DNA of 63,593 bases, the filler included, from Octopus bimaculoides (taxonomy: Eukaryota), in assembly GCF_001194135.2 (NCBI RefSeq). It is 6 parts of 6 records of this genome, joined end to end, with 100 filler letters (N's around TTAATTAATTAA, not from the genome) between each part and the next. Parts side by side here need not be neighbours in the genome. Positions count along the whole stretch, not along the records: positions 26,337 to 28,209 come from NW_026406775.1; positions 28,310 to 57,235 come from NC_068985.1; 4 more parts are not named here. One strand, given 5' to 3'. Position numbers and translations under genes: made by a program. Shown one piece after another: positions 26,890 through 36,947 of the stretch (positions are counted from its first letter, which is position 1; each line of letters starts with the position of its first letter). The notes beneath the pieces are model-generated. The model was not told the origin of the DNA, made no database searches, and saw only the letters and a list, made by a program, of their open reading frames with translations.

Positions 26890-28209
26890 TGGAACGAACG
26901 TAAGTATGTACGTAGTTTCGAACGTGCATAAGTATGTACGAAAGAACGACTGAATGTACGGACGAACGAAAGCATCTACATACATCCGTATGTAGGAATG
27001 AGCGAATGAATGTACGAATGAACAAACTTACCTACGTTATTATGTATGTACGAACGAACGCCAGAACAAAAGTAGGAAAGGACGAATGGAGATACGTGCG
27101 TGCGTGCGTACGAACGAACTAAAGAATGAACCAACGAAAGAACTAACGGACGAACGTACGTGCGAACCAACGAACTTAGGTATGTAAATACGTATGAACG
27201 AACGAACGATCGTACGTACGTAGGTACGAAAGAATGAGTGAGCGAACGGACGTACGTTCGTAAGTACGTGCGGACGAACGAGCGGTCAAATGAATGAAAG
27301 ATCGAACAAACAAAAGAAAGAACGAATGAAGGAACGAACGAACGAAAGTATGTACGTAGGTACGATTGAAAGAACGAGCGTACCTACGGTCGGACGAAAG
27401 AATAAACGAACGAAAGCATCTACTACCTCCGTACGTACAAACGAGCAAATGAACGTACGTACGAAAGAACGATCGTAAGTACGTACTAACGAACGAACGA
27501 ACGAAATGAAGGAACGTATGTACGTACGAATGCACAATCAATGAATGAACGAATGTACGTATGTATGAACGAGTGTACGTACAAACGAAAGAACGAACGT
27601 ACTCACGTACATACGAATGAATGAACGATCGAACGAACGTACGTACGAACGAGCGAACGAGTGAATGAACGTATGTACGAACGAACGATAGTACGAAAGG
27701 ACGAGGAACAAAATGAAGGAACGAACGAAATGTCGAACGAAAGAACAATCGTACGTACGTAAGAATGAAAGAAACCACGAACGAACAAAAGAAGAAATGA
27801 ACGAAAGAACAAACGTACGTACGTACATACGAACGAACTAACGAACGTACGTATGTATGTACGCAGGAACGAACGAACGAAGGAACGAATGAACGAACAA
27901 AAGAACTAAAGAAAGAATGTACGTATGTACGCACGAATGAAAGTACGTACATACGAAGGAACGTATGTAAGAACGAACTAAAGAATGAAATTACGTACGA
28001 ACGAACAAAAGAACTAATCTACGTTATTAAGTATGTACGATCGACTAAACGAAAGAACGAACGCAAGAACGAACTTAGGAACGTACGTTCTTACGAACGA
28101 ACTAACGAACGAAGGTCTGTATATACGAACGAACGTACGTATGTATGTACGCAGGAACGAACGATCGAATGAACGAACGAGCGTATGTACGTACATAAGC
28201 ACGAACGAA
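26890..28209. repeat. Cryptic tetranucleotide satellite (ACGA/ACGT/ATGA/ATGT/AAGA)
   Basis: ~1.3 kb of permuted 4-mers such as CGAACGAACGTACGTATGTACGAAAGAA; source of the spurious FVRS/RTNE ORFs. Confidence 0.95.
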
Positions 28210-28816
28210 NNNNNNNNNNNNNNNNNNNNNNNNNNNNNNNNNNNNNNNNNNNNTTAATTAATTAANNNNNNNNNNNNNNNNNNNNNNNNNNNNNNNNNNN
28301 NNNNNNNNNTCCTTAGTGAAAATCGTGCGGGTGATATGATCAAATAAATACCTGGAAAACGGGGTGCAGTGGGTTGGAACCCTCGGAAATTTTACCCCCA
28401 CCCCCATTTTCAAATATTTTTTGCTATTTCTTTCTTTACCCATAATTTTAGATAACTTTTCGCAGAAATACATTTTCGAGAGAGTGTGGATTACATTAGA
28501 TTGAAAATTCAAAGAAATTTGAAATTAATAAGTGAAAATGCAGAGGTTATAGAAGTTAGTGGTAACAAAGTGTGTGGAAAGATAACAAACGATAAGTTCA
28601 TCTAAAAAAACGTTTGCATGTATGTGTAGAATGAAGTAAAAGTATAATATTAAAACAAAAATATCTTTTTCCTACCTCTTAAAATGACTGAATATAATAA
28701 TACCAGATTGCAAAATAAATTTTCAATTTTTGGCATTGAAATGAGTTTCATTTTTGTGTGTGTGAGAAGAGAGAGAGAGAATGGTGTAACAATACATCAT
28801 AATCATATATATCTTG

Positions 28817-29080
28817 TATTTCAAATTTTGGTACAAGGCCAGCAGTTTTAGTGGGGAAGGGATAATTGATTATATCAAACCCAGTACTCGACTGGTACTT
28901 CATTTTATCGACCCTGAAAAGATGAAATGCAAGGTTTTGAGCTAGCAAAATCAGCACATTAGACAAAATTCTTAGCAACATTTCTTCCAGCCCTTTATGT
29001 TGAGTTCAAATTCCAAGATCAATTTTATCTTTCATCTTTTGGAATCAATAAAATAAGTACCAGTTGAGCACTGGTTGATG
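28817..29080. mobile_element. Family B SINE fragments (minus 28817-28950; plus ~28990-29080)
   Basis: TTTTGGTACAAGGCCAGCAG...ACTGGTACTTCATTTTATCGACCCTGAAAAGATGAAA, then GAGTTCAAATTCC...AATAAGTACCAGTTGAGCACTGG. Confidence 0.6.
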
Positions 29081-29339
29081 AAATTAATTATATAGGGATG
29101 GATGGATATGCATACAAACTTAATTATATAGGGATGGATGGATATGCACACGTAAGTATATCTATTTACCTATCTATCTATCTTGGTCATTAACTCAATT
29201 TTGAGCATAGCCATTTCCTCATTGCAGCCATAAGCCTGTAGAAATTTTGACAGCATTTCTATCATAGACCCTCAGATAACTACCTAGCAGCTAGTTTTAA
29301 ATTTTTGTGATAAATGTACTATGTAATTTGGTCAAGAAT

Positions 29340-29722
29340 CATACCAACAGTAGCTTTGCTCTAGTGCATTTGTCCAAAATGAGCTTTTAGCCCAGCAGTA
29401 GATGAGCTATTATAGTCACTCTGGTTGTCATTTGTTGGAGCACTGAGTATAACTTAGCCAGGATCACAATGTCATCAGCATAGTCCAAATCCATTAGGCA
29501 TCTACCTACTGTCCACTGCATTCTGGCAATTGGTCCATTTATGACTCTTCATGAAAAAGTCAATGACCAGAAGAAATAACAGGGGTAACAGGAGACAGCC
29601 CCGTCTCATTTCTGTGATGATGTTGAAGAATTCTGTGTTGCCACTTTCAGTTCTCATACAGCAGCTTAATTTGGTATAGAGACTCTTAAAGATGGGGATG
29701 TCTTCTGGGATACCACAAACTT
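29340..29722 (-). mobile_element. RTE-clade LINE, inverted 5' segment (RT core)
   Basis: GIPED...LY..LSCCMRTESGNTEFFNIITEMRRGCLLLPLLFLLVIDFFM...MDLDYADDIVIL (YADD at 29471-29482). Confidence 0.9.
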
Positions 29723-30322
29723 TGGCAGCATTATTGCTACAGAAAGGAGTACTGAGGAAGATGTCAGTTCCTGAATTGGGCATGCAGCAGCTGTGTTCAG
29801 AGGAATGAATAAGATCTAGGCTAGCACTTTGATTTGTGACTGAATGAAAATCCTATTGTGCCAGACCACTGTCCTTCCAACAGCAGTCTTTGCAAGAGAA
29901 ACCTGAAAAGACTGCCAAGGTCACTCAGGCTGAATGCATTCTACCAATGGTGTCTATGCAGAATACTGGAGATTATCTACAAGAACAGAATCACAAATTT
30001 TGAAGTCCTGTGAAGAACCAATCTCTGCAGCCTGTAAGAGATTGTGGCAGAAAGAAGAACAAAACTTGCAGCTCATGTTTTCTGACTGCCAGAAGGACAA
30101 GTAACCTAGGTGCTATATGATAGGTACTATCAGTGGGATGAAGAGAGAGAGAGAGAGAGACCCAAGATGATATGTTATGACACCTTCAAAAAAGATCTAA
30201 AGCAACTTAGCATCATCTGAAAAGATGCAGGCAACTATGCTCTAAACTAGGATTATTGGAGACATCTTGCTACCCAGTGTACAGGCCTACTGTACAGGAG
30301 GAACTAAGACTTAGTAAATAAG
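29723..30322 (+). mobile_element. RTE-clade LINE, 3' segment
   Basis: GSIIATERSTEEDVSS*IGHAAAVF...RLNAFYQWCLCRILEIIYKNRITNFEVL..., ending in the RTE-like tail AGGAACTAAGACTTAGTAAATAAG. Confidence 0.85.
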
Positions 30323-30804
30323 CACACCTTTGGCCATAAAAGACAGCAGTGTTCTGCTAGTATCATTAAAGTTGTGTGCATGCAAATATTGTATGCTGGT
30401 ATGCCAATATTTAACTGTTCATTGATGATGAGTCTAGTTTTTGAAAGTGTAGTGTGACCAAACTGCAGGCAAAATCATCTTTGGATCCTCTTCTATATAA
30501 GCTTTAACATTCTTTAGTTTTAGAGGTGTTATGTTTCACTATTTCATGGCAATTCAAGTGTTCTCAAACTGTGTGCTATTGTTTTTTGTTATAGACATAT
30601 TCACTGTCATTCATGTGAAATGTTCCCAATGAGCAATGCTGGTGTTCAAGGATTTAAGGTTGTTTTTGTGATGTTACAAAATCTCTTTTTGTAGTTTTTG
30701 CTGGAGACACATTCCAAGTACTGATTCCCCATATCATCATGTTTAAAGATTGATATAACTATAACAAATGATAAAACCAGTTCATGGTACAAGATGAAGC
30801 AAGC

Positions 30805-31100
30805 TTATAGTCTGAGACAGCCCACAGTCTTCACCACTTCTGTGTGAGGGATAAAAGATTTCCAACTGATGTTCATTATAAGCCTTAGATATTTCTGGTA
30901 AAGTTTCTCAAGTATATTGACATGTCTTTGATGTCTCAGAAGGCAAATAAAACAGAATCCAGGGAAGCTAGTGGTGATCAGTGTCAGCAAAACTTGTATT
31001 TTTTGGTTAAAGTGACATAAAGAATACTGTAAAATTGTGACAGGGAGTGGAGTGTCCAACATTTTGAAGTCCTTCTTCAGGGTAAAAACTGACTGCAGTT
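30805..31100 (-). mobile_element. RTE (BovB-like) LINE fragment
   Basis: RHVNILEKLYQKYLRLIMNISWKSFIPHTEVV resembles the RTE post-RT consensus HIKxLExFHQRCLRxILxIxWxDxIxNxEVL. Confidence 0.75.
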
Positions 31101-31320
31101 GGTGAGGAACACAAGACACTGTGAGCTTACTTTTATAGACAAGAAGTAGTGGGTGAGAGAAACTGGGTGAAGAAGGTTTGTGTCTGAAACTTTGGATACT
31201 CCATTCCCCATGGAATTTCACTGTACTCTCTCCCTCTTTAAATATATATATATTTATATTTTTTTAATTAGCAGAAGTTATCTCAAGAGATGAGGGTATA
31301 TGGGTGTGTGTGTATAGGCA

Positions 31321-31629
31321 TAGCTTTAGGAAACACCGTTCCCAGTTGGCCATGACACATTCTCTGTGTCCTTATGTTTTCAAAGGCGAATAAGCATTGA
31401 TAGCTTGCAAGCCATGCTACTCTAGACTGATGATGAGCAATGACTCTGAAACTAGTCTCTGGATGCTGGCTTTGCCGGGTGGAGGTGCTTATCTCCCTTT
31501 TGAAAACATAAGGACTCAGAAAATGTGTCATGACCAACTGGGAATGGTGTTTCCTAGGGCTAAATAACAGTAGCATTCTTTCCTTTCATGGGACTGCCAC
31601 ATTAAGCTGGCAACATACCATCACTTTAT
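31321..31629 (+). mobile_element. Retrozyme-like element copy 1 with 5' fold-back extension
   Basis: Aligns by eye to 34972-35318, 35316-35609 and 36948-37240. Contains an HHR. Ends at CCATCACTTTAT, followed by (AT)n. Confidence 0.8.
31421..31463 (+). ncRNA. Type I hammerhead ribozyme, retrozyme-like family, best-preserved copy
   Basis: Stem I TCTAGA/TCTGGA (one G-U pair); CTGATGA 31427-31433; stem II (T)GAG-caatga-CTC(T); GAAA 31448-31451; palindromic stem III ACTAGT; GTC triplet 31455-31457. Confidence 0.85.
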
Positions 31630-32074
31630 ATATATATACATACCATCACTTTATATATATATATATATATAAAAAAAAGACCAATATATATATATATAAA
31701 AAGACCAATTCAATACAATGGCCCTTCTCTCTCTCTTTTACCACATCCATCTCTCTATCTGTCTGACTATCAGTCTATCTATCTATCTCTCTATCTGCCT
31801 ATCTATCTATTTGCTTATACATCTTCCATTGTCTCCAAAGCCTCACCCCAAAAAAACAAAAAAACAAAACAATGTTCTGTTATAAACAAAACCCCCAAAA
31901 ACACCTGTTTTTATATAAATAAGCTAGATCTCTGTATTTTCACAGTTATATTTGACAAGTTCGAAAGACGAACAAAAGTGCTAATATATGTATAAAATAA
32001 ATGAAAGAAGTTATTCCAAAATTCTGTCGACTTTTTTTTCAATATTTACTTCTGTACATCACACCTAACACTCT

Positions 32075-32121
<47 letters not shown>

Positions 32122-32138
<17 letters not shown>

Positions 32139-32330
32139 GAGAATGTGTCTGTATATGTGAATCCCTAAAACATGAGGCCTACCCAATTGATTTCATTCAA
32201 ATTTTACACATGCATTACTTAGGGTCCATGGAATGTTATGGGCCCAAAAAATTTTCAACTTCTTGCCTAATGCAGGTCCAGAGCAATCTTTCAGGCTGGT
32301 TTGATATTACATGTCAAAAGTGAATATTGT
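32122..32330 (+). mobile_element. Non-autonomous Helitron-like 5' fragment
   Basis: TATATATAAAA.TGAGAATGTGT...GAATCCCTAAAAC...TTTCATTCAAATTTTACACATGC..TACTTAGGG is shared with 57021-57235. A TC-TATATA start plus a (GTCT)n tract is typical of Lep1/DINE-like elements. Confidence 0.5.
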
Positions 32331-33463
32331 TTCACTTTTAATTCTATTGTGACAACACTAAATTCAAGTTACATAAAAATACACAGCTACTATAAACATA
32401 ATAAAAAAAAAATCAAATAGATAAAATAAATTAAGTAAACATAACAATTACAACATAAAATGTTCTTATGCATCTCCAATAATTTTAATCTCAAATAATC
32501 ACTGCCCATTTTATTATATAATAAGGTCTATATAATATGTTTAGAATTTATGGTGGAGTAGGAAATATATTTTATTTAAAATTTCTATATACTATGATGA
32601 AAAAAAATTAATAAGGATATATTTTATTCAGACACTAAATTCATTAATAAAAAAAAAACAACTTTTAATCAACAATTCATTCATTCAAAAGTTTCTACTA
32701 AATATGATGATGTTAAATAAATGTATAAAGTTATGATTATTATAAACTATACTACGTCTTTCTTAAAAATGTTAATAAAATATAAATAAAGTATCAGAAT
32801 TTTACTTAGTTTAGAGTAAGCCAATAGTTTTATTATTTTATAATTTTTGTGTGTATACAAGTTTGAAAGAACATAATATAAGGATATATACTAAATATTA
32901 TAGGATCTACAAAAATATTCATATATATACTAAGCAGTTTGCTGGTGTGCAACACTTCTGCCAGCCCACTACCTTTAGTGGAAAATATTGCCCACAATAG
33001 ACTAGTCTATGGCCTAGCGAATACTCCACACCTTCAGTATACACTATGGACTTCTATCCTCCTTGCCACTGAACTGGTGTCTTCTAAATTTGTGCACTGA
33101 TTCCATATTTATGCACATGTGTTACATACTTAATTTGTTATAAATTATGACTATTGACACTGTATACTAACTACTTAGATAAGCTGTCACTTGGTTCATA
33201 CATCAATTACAAAGGACATTGTTACTTAAATTTCCTACATCATTGAATGACTCATCATAACTGGAGTAACCTTCACTGCTACTCACACAAATATTACACC
33301 CAAGGTACATTATACTGATAATTTATAGTGAGTTATGCACCTTGTGCTACTTATATAAGAGAATATCATCTGAAATTTATTGGAGAATATTTGATAAATG
33401 AATGCTCATATGGTTTGCGTTTAATGCTTCTGTATTGCATGCATACTATATAACAAAAAAGAT

Positions 33464-33510
<47 letters not shown>

Positions 33511-33835
33511 NNNNNNNNNNNNNNNNNNNNNNNNNNNNNNNNNNNNNNNNNNNNNNNNNNNNNNNNNNNNNNNNNNNNNNNNNNNNNNNNNNNNNNNNNN
33601 NNNNNNNNNNNNNNNNNNNNNNNNNNNNNNNNNNNNNNNNNNNNNNNNNNNNNNNNNNNNNNNNNNNNNNNNNNNNNNNNNNNNNNNNNNNNNNNNNNNN
33701 NNNNNNNNNNNNNNNNNNNNNNNNNNNNNNNNNNNNNNNNNNNNNNNNNNNNNNNNNNNNNNNNNNNNNNNNNNNNNNNNNNNNNNNNNNNNNNNNNNNN
33801 NNNNNNNNNNNNNNNNNNNNNNNNNNNNNNNNNNN
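33511..33835. other. Sequence gap (also 18037-18362 and 60412-60618)
   Basis: Runs of N; this gap is flanked by (TA)n on both sides. Confidence 0.99.
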
Positions 33836-33862
33836 TATATATATATATATATATGCATGTAT

Positions 33863-33988
33863 ATGACGGGCTTCTTTCCGTTTCCGTCAACCAAATCCAC
33901 TCACAAAGTTTTGGTTGGCCCAAGGCTATAGTAGAAGACACTTGCCCAAGGTGCCATGCAGTGGGACTGAACCCAGAACCATGTGGTA
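33863..33988 (-). mobile_element. Family A SINE fragment
   Basis: CCAAATCCACTCACAAAG...GACACTTGCCCAAGGTGCCATGCAGTGGGACTGAACCC. Confidence 0.8.
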
Positions 33989-34260
33989 TAGTAGAAGTGC
34001 TTTTACTATAACCTTGAGCCAACCAAAGCTTTGTAAGTGGAAATGGTGGTCATCACACTTTAATTATAAAACAATGTTATTTGCTATCATCTATGAAAAC
34101 ATGTCTGGCCATTGTGCTGTCCCTATTGGAAAGACTAAGAAAACATTATCTTTCTTGGAAACAGATAAAGGTTGGCTGTAGAAAATTTGCCTTAACAAAT
34201 TTCGTCTGGTCTGTGAAAACATGGAAAAGTGGACATTAAAATAATGGTGTATATATGTTG

Positions 34261-34424
34261 TATCTTGTAACTTTTACTTGTTTCTGTCATTGGACTGCTG
34301 CCATACAGGAGCACTACCTTGAAGGGTTTAGTCAAATAAATCGACTCCAGTATTTTTTTTTCATTGGATCAGTAAGTTACAAGGATGTAAGCAAACCAAC
34401 ACTGATTGTCAAGTGGTGTGTAAA

Positions 34425-34485
<61 letters not shown>

Positions 34486-34632
34486 TGAAAGGAGTGACAT
34501 TCCTTTCAATTTCTGTCTACTGAATCCTCTCACGAGGCTTTGGTTGGCCTGGGGCTGTAGTAGAGGACACTTGCTCAAACTGAAACAATGTGATTGGGAC
34601 ACACGCTTCTTACCGCACAACCATGCTGCACT
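34261..34632 (-). mobile_element. Family A SINE
   Basis: TTTTACTTGTTTCTGTCATT...GTTGTCAAG-like...GACACTTGCTCAA...CTTCTTACCGCACAACC. Confidence 0.65.
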
Positions 34633-34971
34633 TATATATATATATACATAGGTGCAGTCATGTGTGTGTGTGTGTATATATATACACACACAGCCTTTGT
34701 ATTTAGATTTCATTCACATGTGTAAGAATATTCCCACTAACTTTTAGTAATCATTGTTCTCAAAAATCTTATGCTGTGAAAAATTTTTCATGTGACAAAA
34801 CTATGTGCCCACTGAATGGATAAGTATAATTATTAATTACTACACTAACCCATGCACCAGTTGAAAAATGTATATGCACACATAAATACACATGCACAGC
34901 TTAGAATAGTGATATGCATGCCCCCCCCCTCCAATGTATGTGTATTGTTTTTTAATGAAAGTAAAATAATA

Positions 34972-35318
34972 ATAAAATGATGGAATGTTGTCAATTTAAT
35001 GTGACAGTCCATGAAAGGGAAGAATGCTACTGCTATTTAGCCCTATGAAACACCGTTCCCTGTTGGTCTTGACACATTTACTGTGTCATGTTTTCAAAGG
35101 GGAGATAAGCACCTCCACCTAGCAAAGCCAGCATCCAGAGACTAGTTTCAGAGTCATTGCACATCATCAGTCTGGAGTAGCATGGCTTGCTAGCTGTCGA
35201 TGCCTATTCGCTTTTGAAAACATATATTTCAAGTGAAATACATTCACTGATTTCAAAAATAGAAATAATACATTTCTAAATCTCTGAGAGAGATTTATTT
35301 ATACAGTAGCAGCACGAT
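34972..35318 (-). mobile_element. Retrozyme-like element, one complete circularly permuted monomer (~345 nt)
   Basis: Minus strand starts ATCGTGCTGCTACTG, passes through the HHR and ends CCATCATTTTAT. In other copies these two ends are contiguous (CCATCACTTTATCGTGCTGC at ~37167-37187). Confidence 0.85.
35134..35176 (-). ncRNA. Type I hammerhead ribozyme, retrozyme-like family
   Basis: Minus strand reads TCCAGA CTGATGA TGTGcaatgaCTCT GAAA CTAGTC TCTGGA. Stem I is a perfect 6 bp, core and GTC are intact, one stem II pair is broken. Confidence 0.8.
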
Positions 35319-35609
35319 GCTGGCTTTGCTGGGTGGTAGTGCTTATCTCCCCTTTGAAAACATAAGGACACAGAAAATGTGTGAAGGCCAACAGGAAACG
35401 GTGTTTCCTGGGGCTAAATAACATAGCATTCTTCCCTTTCATGGGACTGTCACATTAAGTTGACAACATATCATCACTTTATCATGATGCTACTGTGTAA
35501 ATCTCTCTGAGAGATTTAGAAATGTATTATTTCTATTTTCGAAATCAGTGAATGTATTTCACTTAAAATATATGTTTTCAAAGGTGAATAAGCATCAACA
35601 GCTAGCAAG
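35316..35609 (+). mobile_element. Retrozyme-like element, partial monomer (left part of interrupted tandem)
   Basis: Runs from GATGCTGGCTTTGC (just 3' of the HHR cleavage site) to CAGCTAGCAAG (just 5' of the next HHR). Confidence 0.85.
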
Positions 35610-36947
35610 GGCAAGCCTTTTTCCTCTGCGACACGTTGTCTTCAGTTTGTTACCTGCAATATGTGAGTTCGTTTCCTGTTCTGTTTATTGTAAATTTGTT
35701 ATTTTGAAGTGTCACTGAGGTCGGAAGAGTGGGCACTACTGCCATCCTACTGTGGCAAACGTGCAGCCAGAATTAGGATTGGCAGAGTGCCCCCAGAAAT
35801 CGATGAAATGTGGCTTGTGGCAGCCATCCTCTTCAACATGGAGGAGGAGACCAATGTGCTGAAGGTCACGAGACAACAGAGGTAAACTGGTTTGAATACG
35901 GTCTCAACATGAAGGTCCAAATCAGTTTACCAGACCTGCATAAAATTGTAAATGAAATTATGTTGCCAGAGGATGTTAAACTAAGAGTGGTAGTGGAGGG
36001 AAGACCTCCCATCTGCTACTACTGTGGAGTACAAGGACACATGAAAGCAAGGTGTCCCCAGAAACAAGAAGTAGAGAAGGAGGTGGAACAAGGAGTGGTA
36101 GTGCAAAACCAAGTAAGTGAAGAGATGGAAAACAGAGAAGGAAAATACTCAGTTGGAAAAAGAAAGAAGAAAAGAGATGAAAATGCATATTCACCACCAA
36201 AAAGCCTGCAAAAAAAAAAAAGAAAAGGCAACATAGAGGAGATACAAATTGAAAGAACAGAAATAAGAAAAAAAGGAAATTACAGAAGAAAAAACAAGTA
36301 TGCAGAAAAGAAAGGAAGCAACAATAAAGAGTAAGGGAGAGATAGAGATGGTTGAGACACCAAAACTGGAACATCAGGAGAGAATGGAGATGGAAAATGG
36401 GAAGGAGTACTGAAAGGAAAAAATGTGAGGACATTGATAGAGTATAAAAAAAGCGTAGAAATAGAGAAACGGATCGCTAAAATGAAAAACGTAATCAGAG
36501 TAAAATTGTTGGGGAGTGAGGATAGACGACAGGGCAGTTTTGATAGAGAGGGAGAAAGGAGAAAGATTAAAAGAATTATTTGGTGAACAAATTGTATTAA
36601 CAGAGTTGATGGTTCGATGTGACGAACTACCACCAGTGGTACCATTTGATGACATAATAGAGTACATAGTAAATTGAAATAAGTGAAATTTGTAAAACTT
36701 AAAATAATGTTTTTTAAAAAAAAGAACGTTGTAAAGAAGAATAATGAACTGTTCGTGAGTAATGTGTTACATAAACAGTTAAATGACATTACCTGCTTGT
36801 GAGGCGCAGGTAAGACATTTCATTTTTCATCATATCATTATATTCATAATTTCATTCAATTTATGTTTTTTGTACTCCACTGTATTGTGTTGTCTGTCTT
36901 TATTCATCCCTTCCCTGTAAGAGCCAATGTGCTCGTAATAAAGAATA
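35610..36947 (+). mobile_element. Non-autonomous non-LTR-like insertion with a frameshifted gag/ORF1-like sequence (CCHC zinc knuckle)
   Basis: ORF 35810-36334 contains VVVEGRPPI-CYYCGVQGHMKARC-P (CX2CX4HX4C) and a K/E-rich tail. Coding-like frames extend ~35750-36675 with frameshifts. The 3' end has AATAAAGAATA. TAGCAAG is repeated at both junctions (35603-35609, 36948-36954). No RT seen. Confidence 0.7.

Noticed and set aside
27176-27952. 258-aa ORF (FVRS repeats), and similar long ORFs at 62434-63195, 55531-56102, 24312-24735 and across N gaps
   Set aside because: Translations of microsatellites, cryptic satellites or Ns; not genes.
26890-28209. Repeat arrays considered as CRISPR or telomere
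   Set aside because: No constant repeat with unique spacers, no cas genes, and no TTAGGG-type repeat.
31427-31450. TGATGA...CTGA read as snoRNA C and D boxes
   Set aside because: The boxes are only ~11 nt apart with no guide region; the hammerhead fold explains every base.
32940-33100. AHNRLV...PHLQ, superficially like the LRRC58 N-terminus
   Set aside because: LRR spacing is wrong, there are no usable splice sites, and the frame closes; likely chance.
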